Notes under the pieces: model-generated
Told to the model about the DNA's origin: nothing
The model's database searches: none
Seen by the model: only the letters and a program-made list of their open reading frames with translations
NCBI RefSeq assembly: GCF_036365525.1
Contig: NC_090378.1
Coordinates: 32,946,372-33,010,371, forward strand
Length of the DNA stretch: 64,000 nt
From: Heterodontus francisci
Lineage: Eukaryota
Direction of reading: 5' to 3'
Shown: piece by piece, positions 10,201-22,813 of the stretch
Position numbering within the stretch: position 1 is the first letter of the stretch
Layout of the letters: every line of letters starts with the position of its first letter
Made by a program: the position numbers and the translations under genes

Positions 10201-13200
10201 TATCTTGTTTGATGTATGTAATGCAGTTCACCAAGACTATATTTTGAGTCTTTGCCCATGGTAAGGTATGCAGTTTTCTATGAGCACAGATTCAAACCAG
10301 TGGAAGGAAAATTGCAGGTAGCACACTTAAAATTTTTACAGTCCTGACTTGCAATATGCAAGGTACCTTGCCATGGCCAAGGAATCGGAAAAATCTACCC
10401 TCTAGTCTGATCCATCTTTTATACTGAAGATTTATCCAAGGTTTATTTGTCTAAGAAATGAGTGCTGGACTTTCATCCAAAGCCCCTCATTTTTATCATT
10501 GAAGGGCTTTAATGTTTTTATGTAAATGGCATGAAAGGTTTTTCTCAGTCAATTTAAGCCACAGCTGTTTGTGATTTGTGTTTTCTCAATGTAGACATGG
10601 CCTGATTTGATTTTAAATTACTGTGTAAATAACATTACTACAGGTTGCTTCACCTATAAAATGTGATGCCATTTCGGCAGCATTGCCTTTTTTATGGCCA
10701 GTTTTGTAGTCTCTTGAAAGGCTGTTTTTAGTTATAATGTTTTTTTGCTTAAGTTGGATTTTTAATATTGAATATAAACCATCTGATATGGATATGATGC
10801 AGTACTGTCAAGATTTTAATCTTTTCTGACCACTTCTGTATCGGTGCACTATTTGTTACTGTAATCCGAAAGATTGCACTTTAATGAATGCATGTACATG
10901 TGGACAGCCAAGAAGACGTACTATTTACTGAAACTGATTCTTCAATTGATTATTTCAATAATTGATTACAGTGTTTAGTACTGCTGTCATTCCCCAAGCA
11001 GAAGGCTAAGATGTCCAATTTGTATATAGTTTTTGGACTTCCCAATTGACCTACAATAAGTTAGATGAGTAAAGACATAGTGGACTGATTTGTCATTTGC
11101 TGCTTCCTGTGCAGCTTTTTCTACATTTTTCAGTTTATTCATGCCCTAAGACCTACAAAGTCAGTTTTAGATTGTTAGGAATTTTGGTACATTCCTTTTC
11201 ATTCTTTGCATTACTTCTCCCTCTTTCATTTACATAATTTAAAAAGGAACAATACTTTGTGGTGTTGGAGATGACATTTTTCTCCTCTTTGCCTAGTTCG
11301 ACACTTCCTTGTATCTCCTTATCTGACACACCTGAGCTGGGTGTTGCATAAGTAGAAATAGCAAAGACATTCTTCTGTATAAGTTTCTGTTACCCATTGG
11401 CTTAGGACCCCGTGTGTTTCACTAGAACAAATAAACTCAGAACAGTCTGTTGGAAATTCAGTCTTTTTCTGTACTAGGAAAACTAAAAATGAAAATTTGA
11501 AACAAGGAATGTAAAGAATGCAAAGTGGGAATATGGTGCTAAAATGATTATCAGATGATTTGAATTAAGAGGGATATACTGCATTTAGTGTCCCCATTAC
11601 ATATTTACCCAAGGTGGTTAAGTGTATAACATTTTGTATTTTATCCATATCATCAGGGTCCATGACCATTTGTCAGGGATCTAAACAGCCCATGGCCCAA
11701 AATGAAGCACATTACACTTGTGTTTATGAAATGTTTATCGATATCTTTTATTGCTGATGCTTCATTTGACGCTAAACTGAAAGTGGTGTCAAAGCCTAGA
11801 GGCAAGGCCCAATGGTGGTTAGTCACATAAAGGTGATTCTATCAGAGACTTCCCTTGTGTGCACTCATCATCACAGCTGTTACGGTGTATGAGATCCTCG
11901 GTTCTTTCCCTGTGAAAAACCTGTGATCAAGGATTTTTAATCCCACAACGGCATTACTCATATACATGTAGTATAGTCAGTGTTTTAAAACAGGAATATA
12001 TCTGGCAGCAGTGATTATGTTTGATAAAACTTAGAGTAAAATTGAGAAAAAGGACCTAACTGGTTGGAGTTACTCTTAATTGATTCCCTTTTTCCTCTCT
12101 CTCTCCCAATCCCAGAGTGGAGACAGGCCCTTTTGAATATGGAATCATTGCAGGTAACAAACACCTCCAAAGAGAGAAACCTGGAACTGATCCTGAAAAT
12201 AATTGAGCACAAAAGAAAAATTCTTAAATACAAATCTATTGCCATGTTTCTAGTACAGCTCCATTTGTTGCAATGTACCAACATCTCAGTGTTAACTGAC
12301 AAATGGCACCACTCTTTCAGACTCGAAATCATTTACCTTTCCAGGATGTCTGGAAAACTTAAGAGCATCAATGTGCATGCATAATTGAGGGAATGTGTTA
12401 TAGTGCCATCTGTGTGTGGCATCATTAATGATTTGGTGCTTTATTTGAGCAAAGTTTGAAGTACTTTTCACAGTAAAACAGAAATTTAAGACCATCTCAA
12501 TTTATATACGGACTAGTGGATTTCCTTGGTGTTGCCTGTGGTGAAAAAGTGCAAAAATAGGGCTGTTTCTGAAAATTTAAACTTATTGTAAACATTTGAC
12601 TCTCTTGTCTCTTCCACATATTTCCTTCCTTTATCCCAGTTTTTAGGTGTGATATTTATTCTTCATTGGTTTTATTGAAGCTTTCTTGAGTTTAATTTTG
12701 CTAGTTCAGTTTATTTGCTTAGCCTTTTCATTTTATTTATATTCTTTGGCTGCAGTTCTGGCCCACAGAAAAAAAAAATGCTTTGAACTCAATTATTGAG
12801 AGCAGACAGAAGCTACCATTGAACGAGAAAGATAGTGCTGTAGGAGGCAGAGCTCAACAACTGGAGCTAATGCTTGGTGGGATCAATATTTGCAATAGCA
12901 GCAATCAGTATAGAACAAAATGCAGCAGTAGCTAGTACCCAGTGCCAGTCTGAAACGAGCAGTGCAAACTGAGATTTTAAAAAGTGTAGGGCGGTCGTGT
13001 TTGAAGCAGATCCAGGGACGGAGATTGAAGCTAAGTGGATGGTGAATAGTAACAAGCTGCAGTGGGCAAGCAAACAAAATATGGTAACAAAAACCTCAGT
13101 AAAAGAAAGGAGCAAAATTCGAGCCCCAACCCGAGACTATACCAGACACCAGTGAAAAGGAAAAAAAATGACCTGTAAAGTGATCAAATAGCGAACAGGA

Positions 13201-13513
13201 GATGACAGAAGTGATAAAATATGACAAAAAGAGGTACAATGAGAATGTTAAGGAAATAAAAATACACGAAACCCAGAGGATGCGAGAATAGTTAAAGCCG
13301 AAAAGCTAATCGGAAACATTGCCAGACTGATTTGAAGGAACTTACAATTTCAAGGATACGAGAAAATCATTTGCAAAGGGACATTTTTGACTTTAAAAAT
13401 ATCCTTGTTTCACTGGTTAAATCCTGTTTTGTCTTCAAGATTCACCAAATTCTCCTCCTTGACCAAAGCAGTTCGCGTTGTTGCTTTTTGTCACAAAAGC
13501 CCAACTTCTAGCA

Positions 13514-13853
13514 ACAGTGGCGCAGTGGTTAGCACCGCAGCCTCACAGCTCCAGCGACCTGGGTTCAGTTCTGGGTCCTGCCTGTGCAGAGTTTGCAAGT
13601 TCTCCCTGTGACCACGTGGGTTTCCACCGGGTGCTCCGGTTTTCTCCCACAGCCAAAGACTCGCAGGTTGATAGGTAAATTGGCCATTGTAAATTGCCCC
13701 TAGTGTAGGTAGGTGGTAGGAGGATTGAGGGGATGTGGTAGGGAATATGGGATTAATGTAGGATTAGTATAAATGGGTGGTTGTTGGTTGGCACAGACTC
13801 GGTGGGCCAAAGGGCCTGTTTCGGTGCTGTATCTCTAAATAAAATAAATAAAA
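13514..13853 (+). mobile_element. HE1-like V-SINE
   Basis: Full head, V-domain and tail with (taaa)n end. Confidence 0.9.
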
Positions 13854-14296
13854 CTCTTTACATCCAGCAAACTAATCGAGTATTCAGGCATGGCTTTGTG
13901 GACAGCTAGTCTTTTTCTAGCCAGAAACCTCTAACAGTAAACCTTGAAAAGCTTGATAACGCCATTGACAAAGGCTTAAAAATGCTATTCTTTGGAAGAT
14001 GGACAAATTTCACATTTGTCAGGCCAGAAATTATAGGGTGCTCAGGGACTTGTCTTTAATGATTAACATGCTTCCACCATGCGCTCAAAATGTTTTGTCC
14101 AGAGATTGAATGTACTTAAAAATTGTAGAAGTTAACAAGATCACTGATTAAGCCGTAAATGCTTTCTGCAGGGTCATGTCAAAATTTTTGAAACATCTTG
14201 GCCCCTCACTTTAACAGATGAACAAAAGAGGAAGCTTCTCAGATCCAAAAACAACTTGCATTTATATAGCACCTTTAACAAAATAAAATGTCCCTT

Positions 14297-17200
14297 TCGT
14301 GGGGAGGTGGTGGCCTAGTGGTATTGTCACTGGACTAGTAACCCAGAGACCCAGGGTATTGCTCTGGGGACATGGGTTTGAATCCCACCACGTCAGCAGG
14401 TGGAATTTGAATTCAATTAATAAGTCTGGAATTAAAAGCTAATCTAATGATGGCCATGAAACCATTGTCGATTCTCGTAAAAACCCATCTGGTTCACTAA
14501 TCTGGAAATCTGCTGTCCTTAACTGGTCTAGCCTACGTGTGACTCCAGATCCACAGCAATGTGGTTCACTCTTAACTGCCCTCTGAAATGGCCAAGCAAG
14601 CCACTCATTTGTATCTGACCGCTACAAAGTCGATAAGGAATGAAACCAGACGGGCCACCCGGCATTGACCTAGGCATTGGAAACGACAACGGCAAACCCA
14701 GTCCTGTCGACCCTGCAAAGTCTTCCTTACGAACATCTGGGGGCTTGTGCCAAAGTTGGGAGAGCTGTCCCACAGATTAGTCAAGCGTAGTCATGCTCAT
14801 GGAATCATACCTTACAGACAATGTCCTAGACACCGCCATCACCATCCCTGGTTATGGCCTGTCCCACTGACAGGACAGATCCAGCAGAGGTGGCGACACA
14901 GTTGCATACAGTCGGGAGGGAGTTGCCCGGGGAGTCCTCAACATTGACTCCAGACCCCATGAAGTCTCATGGCATCAGGTCAAACATGGGCAAGGAAACT
15001 TCCTGCTGATTACCACCTACTGCCACCACCCCCCACTAACCCCCCCCCCCACCTCAGCTGATGGATCAGTACTCCTCCATGTTGAACACCACTTGGAGGA
15101 AGCACTGAGGATGGCAAGGGCGCAGAATATACTCTGGGTGGGGGAGTTTAATATTCATCACCAAGAGTGGCTCTGTAGCACCACTGCTGGCCGAATTGGC
15201 AGAGTCCGAAAGGACACAGCTGCTCGGCTGGGTCTACGGTAGGTGGTGAGGGAACCTACAAAAGGGAAAAACATACTTGACCTCGTCCTCACCGATCTAC
15301 ATGTCACAGATGCATCTGTCCATGAAAATATTGGTGGTAGTGACCACCGCACAGTCCTTGTGGAGACAAAATCCTGTCTTCACATTGAGGATACCCTTCA
15401 TCGTCTTGGGTGGCACATCCACTGTGCTAAATGGGATAGAACTCGGAACAGATCTAGTAATGCAAAACTGGGCATCCATGAGACGCTGTGGGCCATCAGC
15501 AGCAGAATTAAACTCAACCACAATCTGTAATGTCATGGCCCGGCATATCCCCCCCTCTACCATTACCATCAAGCCGGGGGATCAACCAGGGTTCAATGAA
15601 GAGTGCAGGAGGACATGCCAAGAGCAGCACCAGGCATACCTCAAAATGAGGTGTCAACCTGGTGAAGCTACAACACAGGACTACTTGCGTGCCAAACAGC
15701 GTAATCAAACAAGGGATCAGATCTAAGCTCTGCTGTCCTGCCTCATCCTGTTGTAAATGGTGGTGGACAAGTAAACAACTGACTGGAGGAGGTGGCTCCA
15801 CAAATAGCCCCATCCTCAATGATGGGGAAGTCCAGCACATCAGTGCAAAAGATAAGGCTGAGGCATTTGCAACAACCTTCAGCCAGAAGTGCCGAATGGA
15901 TGATCCATCTCTGCTTCCTCCTGAAGTTGCCAGCTTCATAGATGCCAGACTTCAGCCAATTCAATTCACCCCATGTGATGTCGAGAAATGACAGAAGGCA
16001 CTGGACACTGCAAAGCCTACAGGCTCTGACAACATTCTGGCAATAGTACTGAAGACCTGTGCTCGCGAACTAGCAGCTTCCCTAAACAAGCTGTTCCAGT
16101 ACAGCTACAACACTGGCTTCTACCCGGCAATGTGGAAAATTGCCCAGGTATGTCCTGTACACAAAAAGCAGGACAAATCCAACCTGGCCAATTACCGCCC
16201 CATCAGTCTACTCTCAATCAGTAAAGTGATGGAAGGTGTCGTCGACAGTACTATCAAGTGGCACTTGCTTTGCAATAACCTGTTCAGTGACGTTCAGTTT
16301 GGGTTTGGGTTCCACCAGGGCCACTCAGCTCATGACCTTATTACAGCCTTGGTTCAAACATGGGCAAAAGAGCTGAACTCGCGGTGAGGTGAGAGTGACT
16401 GCCCTTGGGATCAAGGCAGCATTTCACCGAGTATTGCATCAAGAAGCCGTAACAAAAGTGGAGTCGATGGGAATCAGGGAAAATGCTCCACTGGTTGGAG
16501 TGGTACCTAGCGCAAAGGAAGGTGGTTGTGGTTGTTGGAGGTCAATCATCTGAGCTCCAACTCATCACTGCAGGAGTTCCTCAGGGTCGTGTCCTAGGCT
16601 CAACCATCTTCAGCTGCTTCATCAATGACCTTCCATCCATCTTAAGGTCAGAAGTGGGGATGTTCGCTGATTGCACATTGTTCAGCGCCATTCGCGACTC
16701 CTCAGATACTGAAGCATTCCGTGTAGAAATGCAGCAAGACCTGGACAATATCCAGGCTTGGGCTGATAAGTGGCAGGTAACACTAGCGCCACACAAGTGC
16801 CAGGGAATGACCATCTCAAACAAGAGAAAATCTAACTATCTCCCCTTGATATTCAATGGCATTACAATCACTGAATCCCCCAAGATCGACTGAACTGGAG
16901 TAGCCATATAAATACCGTGGCTACAAGAGCACAGTGGCGCAGTGGTTAGCACCGCAGCCTCACAGCTCCAGGGACCCGGGTTCGATTCCAGGTACTGCCT
17001 GTGTGGAGTTTGCAAGTTCTCCCTGTGTCTGCGTGGGTTTTCTCCGGGTGCTCCGGTTTCCTCCCACAAGCCAAAAGACTTGCAGGTTGATAGGTAAATT
17101 GGCCATTATAAATTGTCACTAGTGTAGGTAGGTGCTAGGGAAATATAGGGACAGGTGGGGATGTTTGGTAGGAATATGGGATTAGTGTAGGATTAGTATA

Positions 17201-17873
17201 AATGGTGGTTGATGTTCGGCACAGACTCGGTGGGCCGAAGGGCCTGTTTCAGTGCTGTATCTCTAATCTAATCTAAGCACGCCAGAGGCTAGGAATCCTG
17301 TGGCGAGGAACTCACCTCCTGACTCCCCAAAGCTTGTCCACCATCTACAAGGCACAGGTCAGGAGTGTGATGGAATACTCTCCACTTGCCTGGATGGGTG
17401 CAGTTCCAACAACACTCAAAAAAAACTCAATACCATCCAGGACAAAGCAGCTCTCGTGATTGGCACCCCATCCACAAACATTCACTCCCTCGACTACCGA
17501 CGCACGGTGGTAGCGGTGTGTACCATCTACAAGATGCACTGCAGCAACGTATCAAGGCTAGTCAGGCAGCAGCTTCCAAACCTGCGACCTCTATCAACTA
17601 AAAGGACAAGGGCAGCAAATGCATGGAACACCACCACAAGTTCCCCTCCAAGTCACACACCATCCTGACTTGGAACTATATTGCCGTTCCTTCACGGTCG
17701 CTGGGTCAAAATCCTGGAACTGCCTTCCTAATAGCACTGTGGGTGTACCTACCCCACATGGACTGCAGCGGTTCAAGAAGGCAGCTCACCACCTTCTCAT
17801 GGGCAACTAGGGTTTGGGCAATAAATGCTGGCCTTGCCCGTGACGCCCACATCCCATGAAATGCATTAAAAAA
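14297..17873 (+). mobile_element. Near full-length decayed CR1/Jockey-group LINE (APE + RT) with tRNA-like 5' head
   Basis: A box tggcctagtgg 14311-14321, B box ggtttgaatcc 14375-14385. Endonuclease NIWGLVPKLGEL...EPTKGKNILDLVLTD..GGSDHRTV, then RT, tail and polyA. Confidence 0.85.
16929..17275 (+). mobile_element. HE1-like V-SINE inserted in the LINE
   Basis: Interrupts host ctacaagagca|...cagaggctaggaatcc; (ctaat)n tail. Confidence 0.9.
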
Positions 17874-18582
17874 CAAAGTGGATTTCTTTTCCTTTTCTCA
17901 CTATTTGGTTATGCAATTCTTAAACTATTCAGCTGGAGATATGATTTTGACAACTTTAACAAATAAATTTGTCACAGGGAATTCATCAAAGGTTTCTGTT
18001 GCAATAATCTAGGTATATCATAATTCACAACTGTAATGATAAACAGTAAGTTTATACCATGTATCTGTCATCAAATGGAATTGGATGCTGGTTTAAGAAA
18101 GCTGAAGTCAAAGGTGGTGAATGGTTGGGTTCCACACCTTTTAAATCCCAACAAACGAATGTACAACGTTAAAGAATTTGTGTTTTTACAATGGATTTGA
18201 CTGTAATTCTTTATAAACCTAATTTTAGCAACTCATGGCTAAAGTTAATGAGAATCAGGAATGTGGCATTGTTTAACTTGATACATTTGAATTGTGCCTT
18301 TGACAGTTGGTCTCTAAAACAAATTGTTTTCCTGGTAGAGATCTGTATAGTCCCAGGATTGAACCTTGGACTTGCTTGGTCCATATGCCCCATCCGGTCC
18401 CAGGACTTCTTATTTTAAATTCTAAATTTACACATCCTTTATTACGTTAGTATTAGCTTTAAATAGGTCTGCAATGTTTTCTGATAGTTCTGATTCTGCA
18501 TGAACCTGCTGTGTTAAGGTTTGCATGTGTTTTGAGATAAATCTAGGCAGTTGGACTAATCTGCAACACTGATATTTTGCAG

Positions 18583-18728
18583 CTGTGCCAAGTTTTATCC
18601 GAATCCCTGTGGATCAGATTGGAATTTCTGGAGGAGTGGCTTCATTTGTATGCCAAGCAGAATCAGAACCTAAACCTCGTATCACCTGGATGAAGAAAGG
18701 GAAGAAAGTCAGCTCTCAGCGCTTTGAG
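18583..18728 (+). CDS. PTPRF: Internal coding exon of LAR-family receptor tyrosine phosphatase (Ig1 N-terminal half)
   Basis: ttttgcag|CT...GAG|gtaaaa; 146 nt, phase 1 to 0. Translates [48 protein letters not shown], matching [39 protein letters not shown]. Confidence 0.95.
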
Positions 18729-19569
18729 GTAAAACTCTGTCCCTTAAACACTTAAAAAGCTTGGGAGAGCCATGCATCAAACCTTGTTACAATGATGAAA
18801 CTGTGACTGTAATTATACCTTTTTTGGTTAGCTAAGTGATGCATTCAGAAATTCATTACCATGTTTAACAGTCTCCAATTCAAGTTACTAATGAATGTCA
18901 ATGCACCTGAAGTGTTTGCTTTGCCCATTTCACTTATTCTAGTCCAGAAGCGCAGGTTGGCAGATCTCAAGGCTCAGGGACTCTTGAATGTGTGCAGAGA
19001 TACCGCTGGAGTTTACCCAGTTAAAACTGTGCAGCTTCAGAGCTGTTTCATGCTGCTTGTTCAACTGGGACTATCCTACCTGTTGGGACGTTGGCTTGTA
19101 GCATTATTTGGAGCCAAGTGTGAAAAGTCCCAGCCCTATGTCAGGTCTATCCTCCCTGTTCAACCAGGGATTCTTGTGGGGTAAAGGCACAAGCATGCCT
19201 CTAACTGTAGAATTGTTACTTGTGCTACAAGGGGAATGTGAGTTAGGAGAGGTAGGTAATGCTGCTGCTCAGTAAAATGACCAGGATTGTGCACCCTTGT
19301 TCTGGACCCCCCCCCCCCACTAGTGGAAATAGTTTCTCAGTATCTACCCAAACAAATCTGTTTTATCATTGTAAATACTTTGATTATTTCTCTGCTGTAA
19401 ACTTAAGGCATACAAACCAAATTTATGAAAACTGTCTTCATAATTTAGCTCTTTAAGCCTGGGTAAATTTTTGATGAATCTGTGCCGTTCCCCCATCAAG
19501 GCCAATATAATCTTCCTGAGGGTGCAGTTCCCAAAACTGAACACAGTACTCTCGATGCTCTTGACAGTA

Positions 19570-20483
19570 CCTTCCTTCAATCATAAGGTCAGAAGTGGGG
19601 ATGTTCACTGATGATTGCACAATGTTCAGCACCATTCGTGACTCCTCAGATACTGAAGCAGTCCGTGTAGAAATGCAGCAAGACCTGGACAATATCCAGG
19701 CTTGGGCTGATAAGTGGCAAGTAACATTCGTGCCAGGCAATGACCATCTCCAACAAGAGAGAATCAAACCATCTCCCCTTGACATTCAATGGCATTACCA
19801 TCACTGAATCCCACACTAACATCCTAGGGGCTACCATTGACCAGAAACTGAACTGGAGTAGCCATATAAATACCGTGGCTACAAGAGCAGGTCAGAGGCT
19901 AGGAATCCTGCGGCGAGTAACTCACCACCTGACTCCCCAAAGCCTGTCCACCATCTACAAGGCACAAGTCAGGAGTGTGATGGAATACTCTCCACTTGCC
20001 TGGAAGGGTGCAGCTCCAACAACACTCAAGAAGCTCAACACCATCCAAGACAAAGCAGTCCGCTTGATTGGCACCCCATCTGCAAACATTCACTCCCTCC
20101 ACCACAGTGGCAGCAGTGTGTACCATCTACAAGATGCACTGCAGCAACGCACCAAGGCTCCTTTGACAACACCTTCCAAACCCGCGACCTCTACCAACTA
20201 GAAGGACAAGGGCAGAAAATGCATGGGAACACCATCACCTGCAAGTTCCCCTCCAAGTCACACACCCATCCTGACTTGGAACTATATCGCCGTTCCTTCA
20301 CTGTTACTGGGTCAAACTCCTGGAACTCCCTTCCTAACAGCACTGTGGGTGTACCTATCCCAAATGGACTGCAGCAGTTCAGGAAGGCAGCTCACCACCA
20401 CCTTCTCGAGGGCAGTTAGTGATGGGCAATAAATGCTGGCCTGGCCAGCGACGCCCACATCCCATGAATGAATAAAAAAAAAG
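19570..20483 (+). mobile_element. 3' fragment of the same LINE family, inserted among CR1 remnants
   Basis: MFTDDCTMFSTIRDSSD...YKAQVRSVMEYSPLAW; family tail plus polyA. Confidence 0.9.
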
Positions 20484-20489
20484 TTGAAG

Positions 20490-21160
20490 CACCACTTGCT
20501 GCTTTTAATATTCCATACCTCTTGAGGTAAAAGCCAGTGTTCTGTTAGCTTTTTTGTTACTTTTTGTACCCATGCACTAGCTTTTAGCTATTTGTGTACA
20601 TGGATACCTAAATCCCATTGATTCTCCACAGCCCATAGTTTTTCTTCATTGAGAAAATATTCTGATTTGTCTTTTCTCAGATCCAAAGTGGATGACTTCG
20701 TACTTCCCCACTTTGAACTCCATCTGCTGTAATTTCGCCCACTCGCAGTCTGCCGCTTTGTAACCTGCTGCTCCCATCCACGCAAATTACTGTGCCACCT
20801 AACTTGGTGCCATTTATAAACTTGGATATTCCTTCAGCCAAATCCGCAATATATATGGTTAAAAAGCCGGGGCCTCAGTACAGATCCCAGGGAATATGAG
20901 TTGTCATATCCCACCAATCCGAGCATGTTTCCACTATCCCTACTCTCTGTCTCCTATCCGCCCAACCAATTACTGACCTATGCTCCAAGGTTCCCTCTGA
21001 TTCTGTACACTTTAATTTTTGCTAATAGTCTCTTGTGCAAAATCTTATCAAATGCCTGCTCCAAGTCCATATAGACAACAGTCATAAACACTTTCTTATC
21101 TGCCATATTAATGGTCTCCTCAAAAATTCAACTTTGTTAGTCAGATTACCAAATCCATGA
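20490..21160 (-). mobile_element. Degenerate CR1 RT fragment (continues at ~19310-19565)
   Basis: DLGIHVHK; aatcttatcaaatgcc..aagtccatatagacaaca is the minus strand of VVYMD..AFDK. Confidence 0.65.
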
Positions 21161-22813
21161 ATTCCAAGTATAGTAATCTGTTGTAAATTATTTGCCTTTC
21201 AATTAGTTCAACTGCTACTTTAGCACTTCAACTCCTTCTGTTCAATTTTTGAAGTCATCACAGCCAAGCTTGATCCTGTTCTCAGCCAGTATCCACACAC
21301 CAGCACTTTGCAGCAGATATCACTGGCTAGCAGGCAAGAGTGGCTGAAACTGTGGCTGAGAATAGCAAAGTCAGCAGGGACTTTCCGTTTCATATTATAT
21401 TACATTAGGCAGTGCCTTTACATACTGGTCCATTAAAGGGCCATTGATCCAGAAATGTGCTAAACCAGTATTTATTGATGATTTACATGTAGCCTGATGA
21501 GCGATATTTCAAACGAGTGAAAGGGGCATTTGCTGGACATATGTTTGTACAAGACTAGCCCTTGTTGATATAAAGACAGAAAATGCTGAAAATACTCAGC
21601 CAGTCTGGCAACATCTGTGGAAGGAGAAACAGAGTTAACACTTCAGGTTAATGACCGTTCATCAGGAATGGGAAAGTTAGAAATGTAATAGGTTCTTAGC
21701 AAAGGGAGGGTGGGAAGAAGAACAAAGGGTCTGTGATGGGGTAGGATTGAATGACAGAACAGTTTGTCGTGCAGGGTCAAAGGGCATGGTAATGGGGCAG
21801 GAAAAGAAACAAATTATGTGCCTAGAGCAGGTATGCTGCTGTCTGATAGCAAAAATAAGAGAACAACTGAAACATGCAAAGACAGGGAAACAGAATGGGG
21901 ACAGAAATTACGGTCTGAAATTGTTAAACTCAATGTTGAGTCCAAAAGGCTGTTAAGTGCCTAGTTGAAAGATAGGGTGCTGTTCATCGAGCTTACATTG
22001 CACTTCATTGGGACAATGCAGTAGGACGAGAACAGAGAGGTCAGCTTGAGAGCATGGTGGAGAATTAAAATGACAGGCGACCGGTAGCTTGGGGTCGTGC
22101 TTGCAGACTGAACGAAGATGTTTCACAAAGCAGTCACCCAGTCTGCGTTTGGTCTCCCTAATGTAAAACTGACCGCATTGTAAGCAGCGAATACAGTATA
22201 CTAAATTGAAAGAAGTACATGTAAATTGCTGTTTAACTTGGAAGACTTGTTTGAGGTCTTGGACAGTGAGGGAGGGGAGGTAAGGGGGTAGATGTTGCAT
22301 TTCCTGTGCTTGTATGGAAAGGGATCAGGGGGAATGGGGTGATTGAGGAGTGGACCAGGATGTCATGGAGGGAATGGTCCCTTCGGAATGCTGAAAGGGG
22401 TGGGTAAGGGAAGATGTGTTTGGCAGTGGCGGAAATGGCAGAAGATGATGGGTTGAATATGGAGGCTAGTGAGGTGGAAGGTGAGGACACTGGGCACCCT
22501 GTTATAGTTCTGATAGGGAGGGGGAAGGGGTGAGAGCAGAAGTGAGGGAAATGGAGCGGACATGGTCGAGGGCGCTGTCAACCATGGTGGTGGGGGAGGT
22601 GTGTCCTCGATTGCGGAAAAAGAAAGACGTATCAGCAGCACTGATATGAAATGTTGCATCATCAGAGCAGATGCGACGGAGACTGAGAAACTGGGAGAAT
22701 GGAATGGAGTTCTACAGGAAGCAGGGTGCGAGGAAGTTTAGTTGAGCTAGCTGGGGCTTGTAATGACTATTCGTTGATAGCCTATCTCCAAAAATAGTGA
22801 CACAAGTTGAGGA

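Noticed and set aside
9617-10212. Overlapping GC-rich ORFs (also 33009-33420 and 49472-50317)
   Set aside because: Stop-poor GC-rich interiors of the non-autonomous elements; no protein motifs.
13514-13580. tRNA genes at SINE and LINE heads
   Set aside because: A/B boxes continue into SINE or LINE bodies; no complete cloverleaf with terminator.
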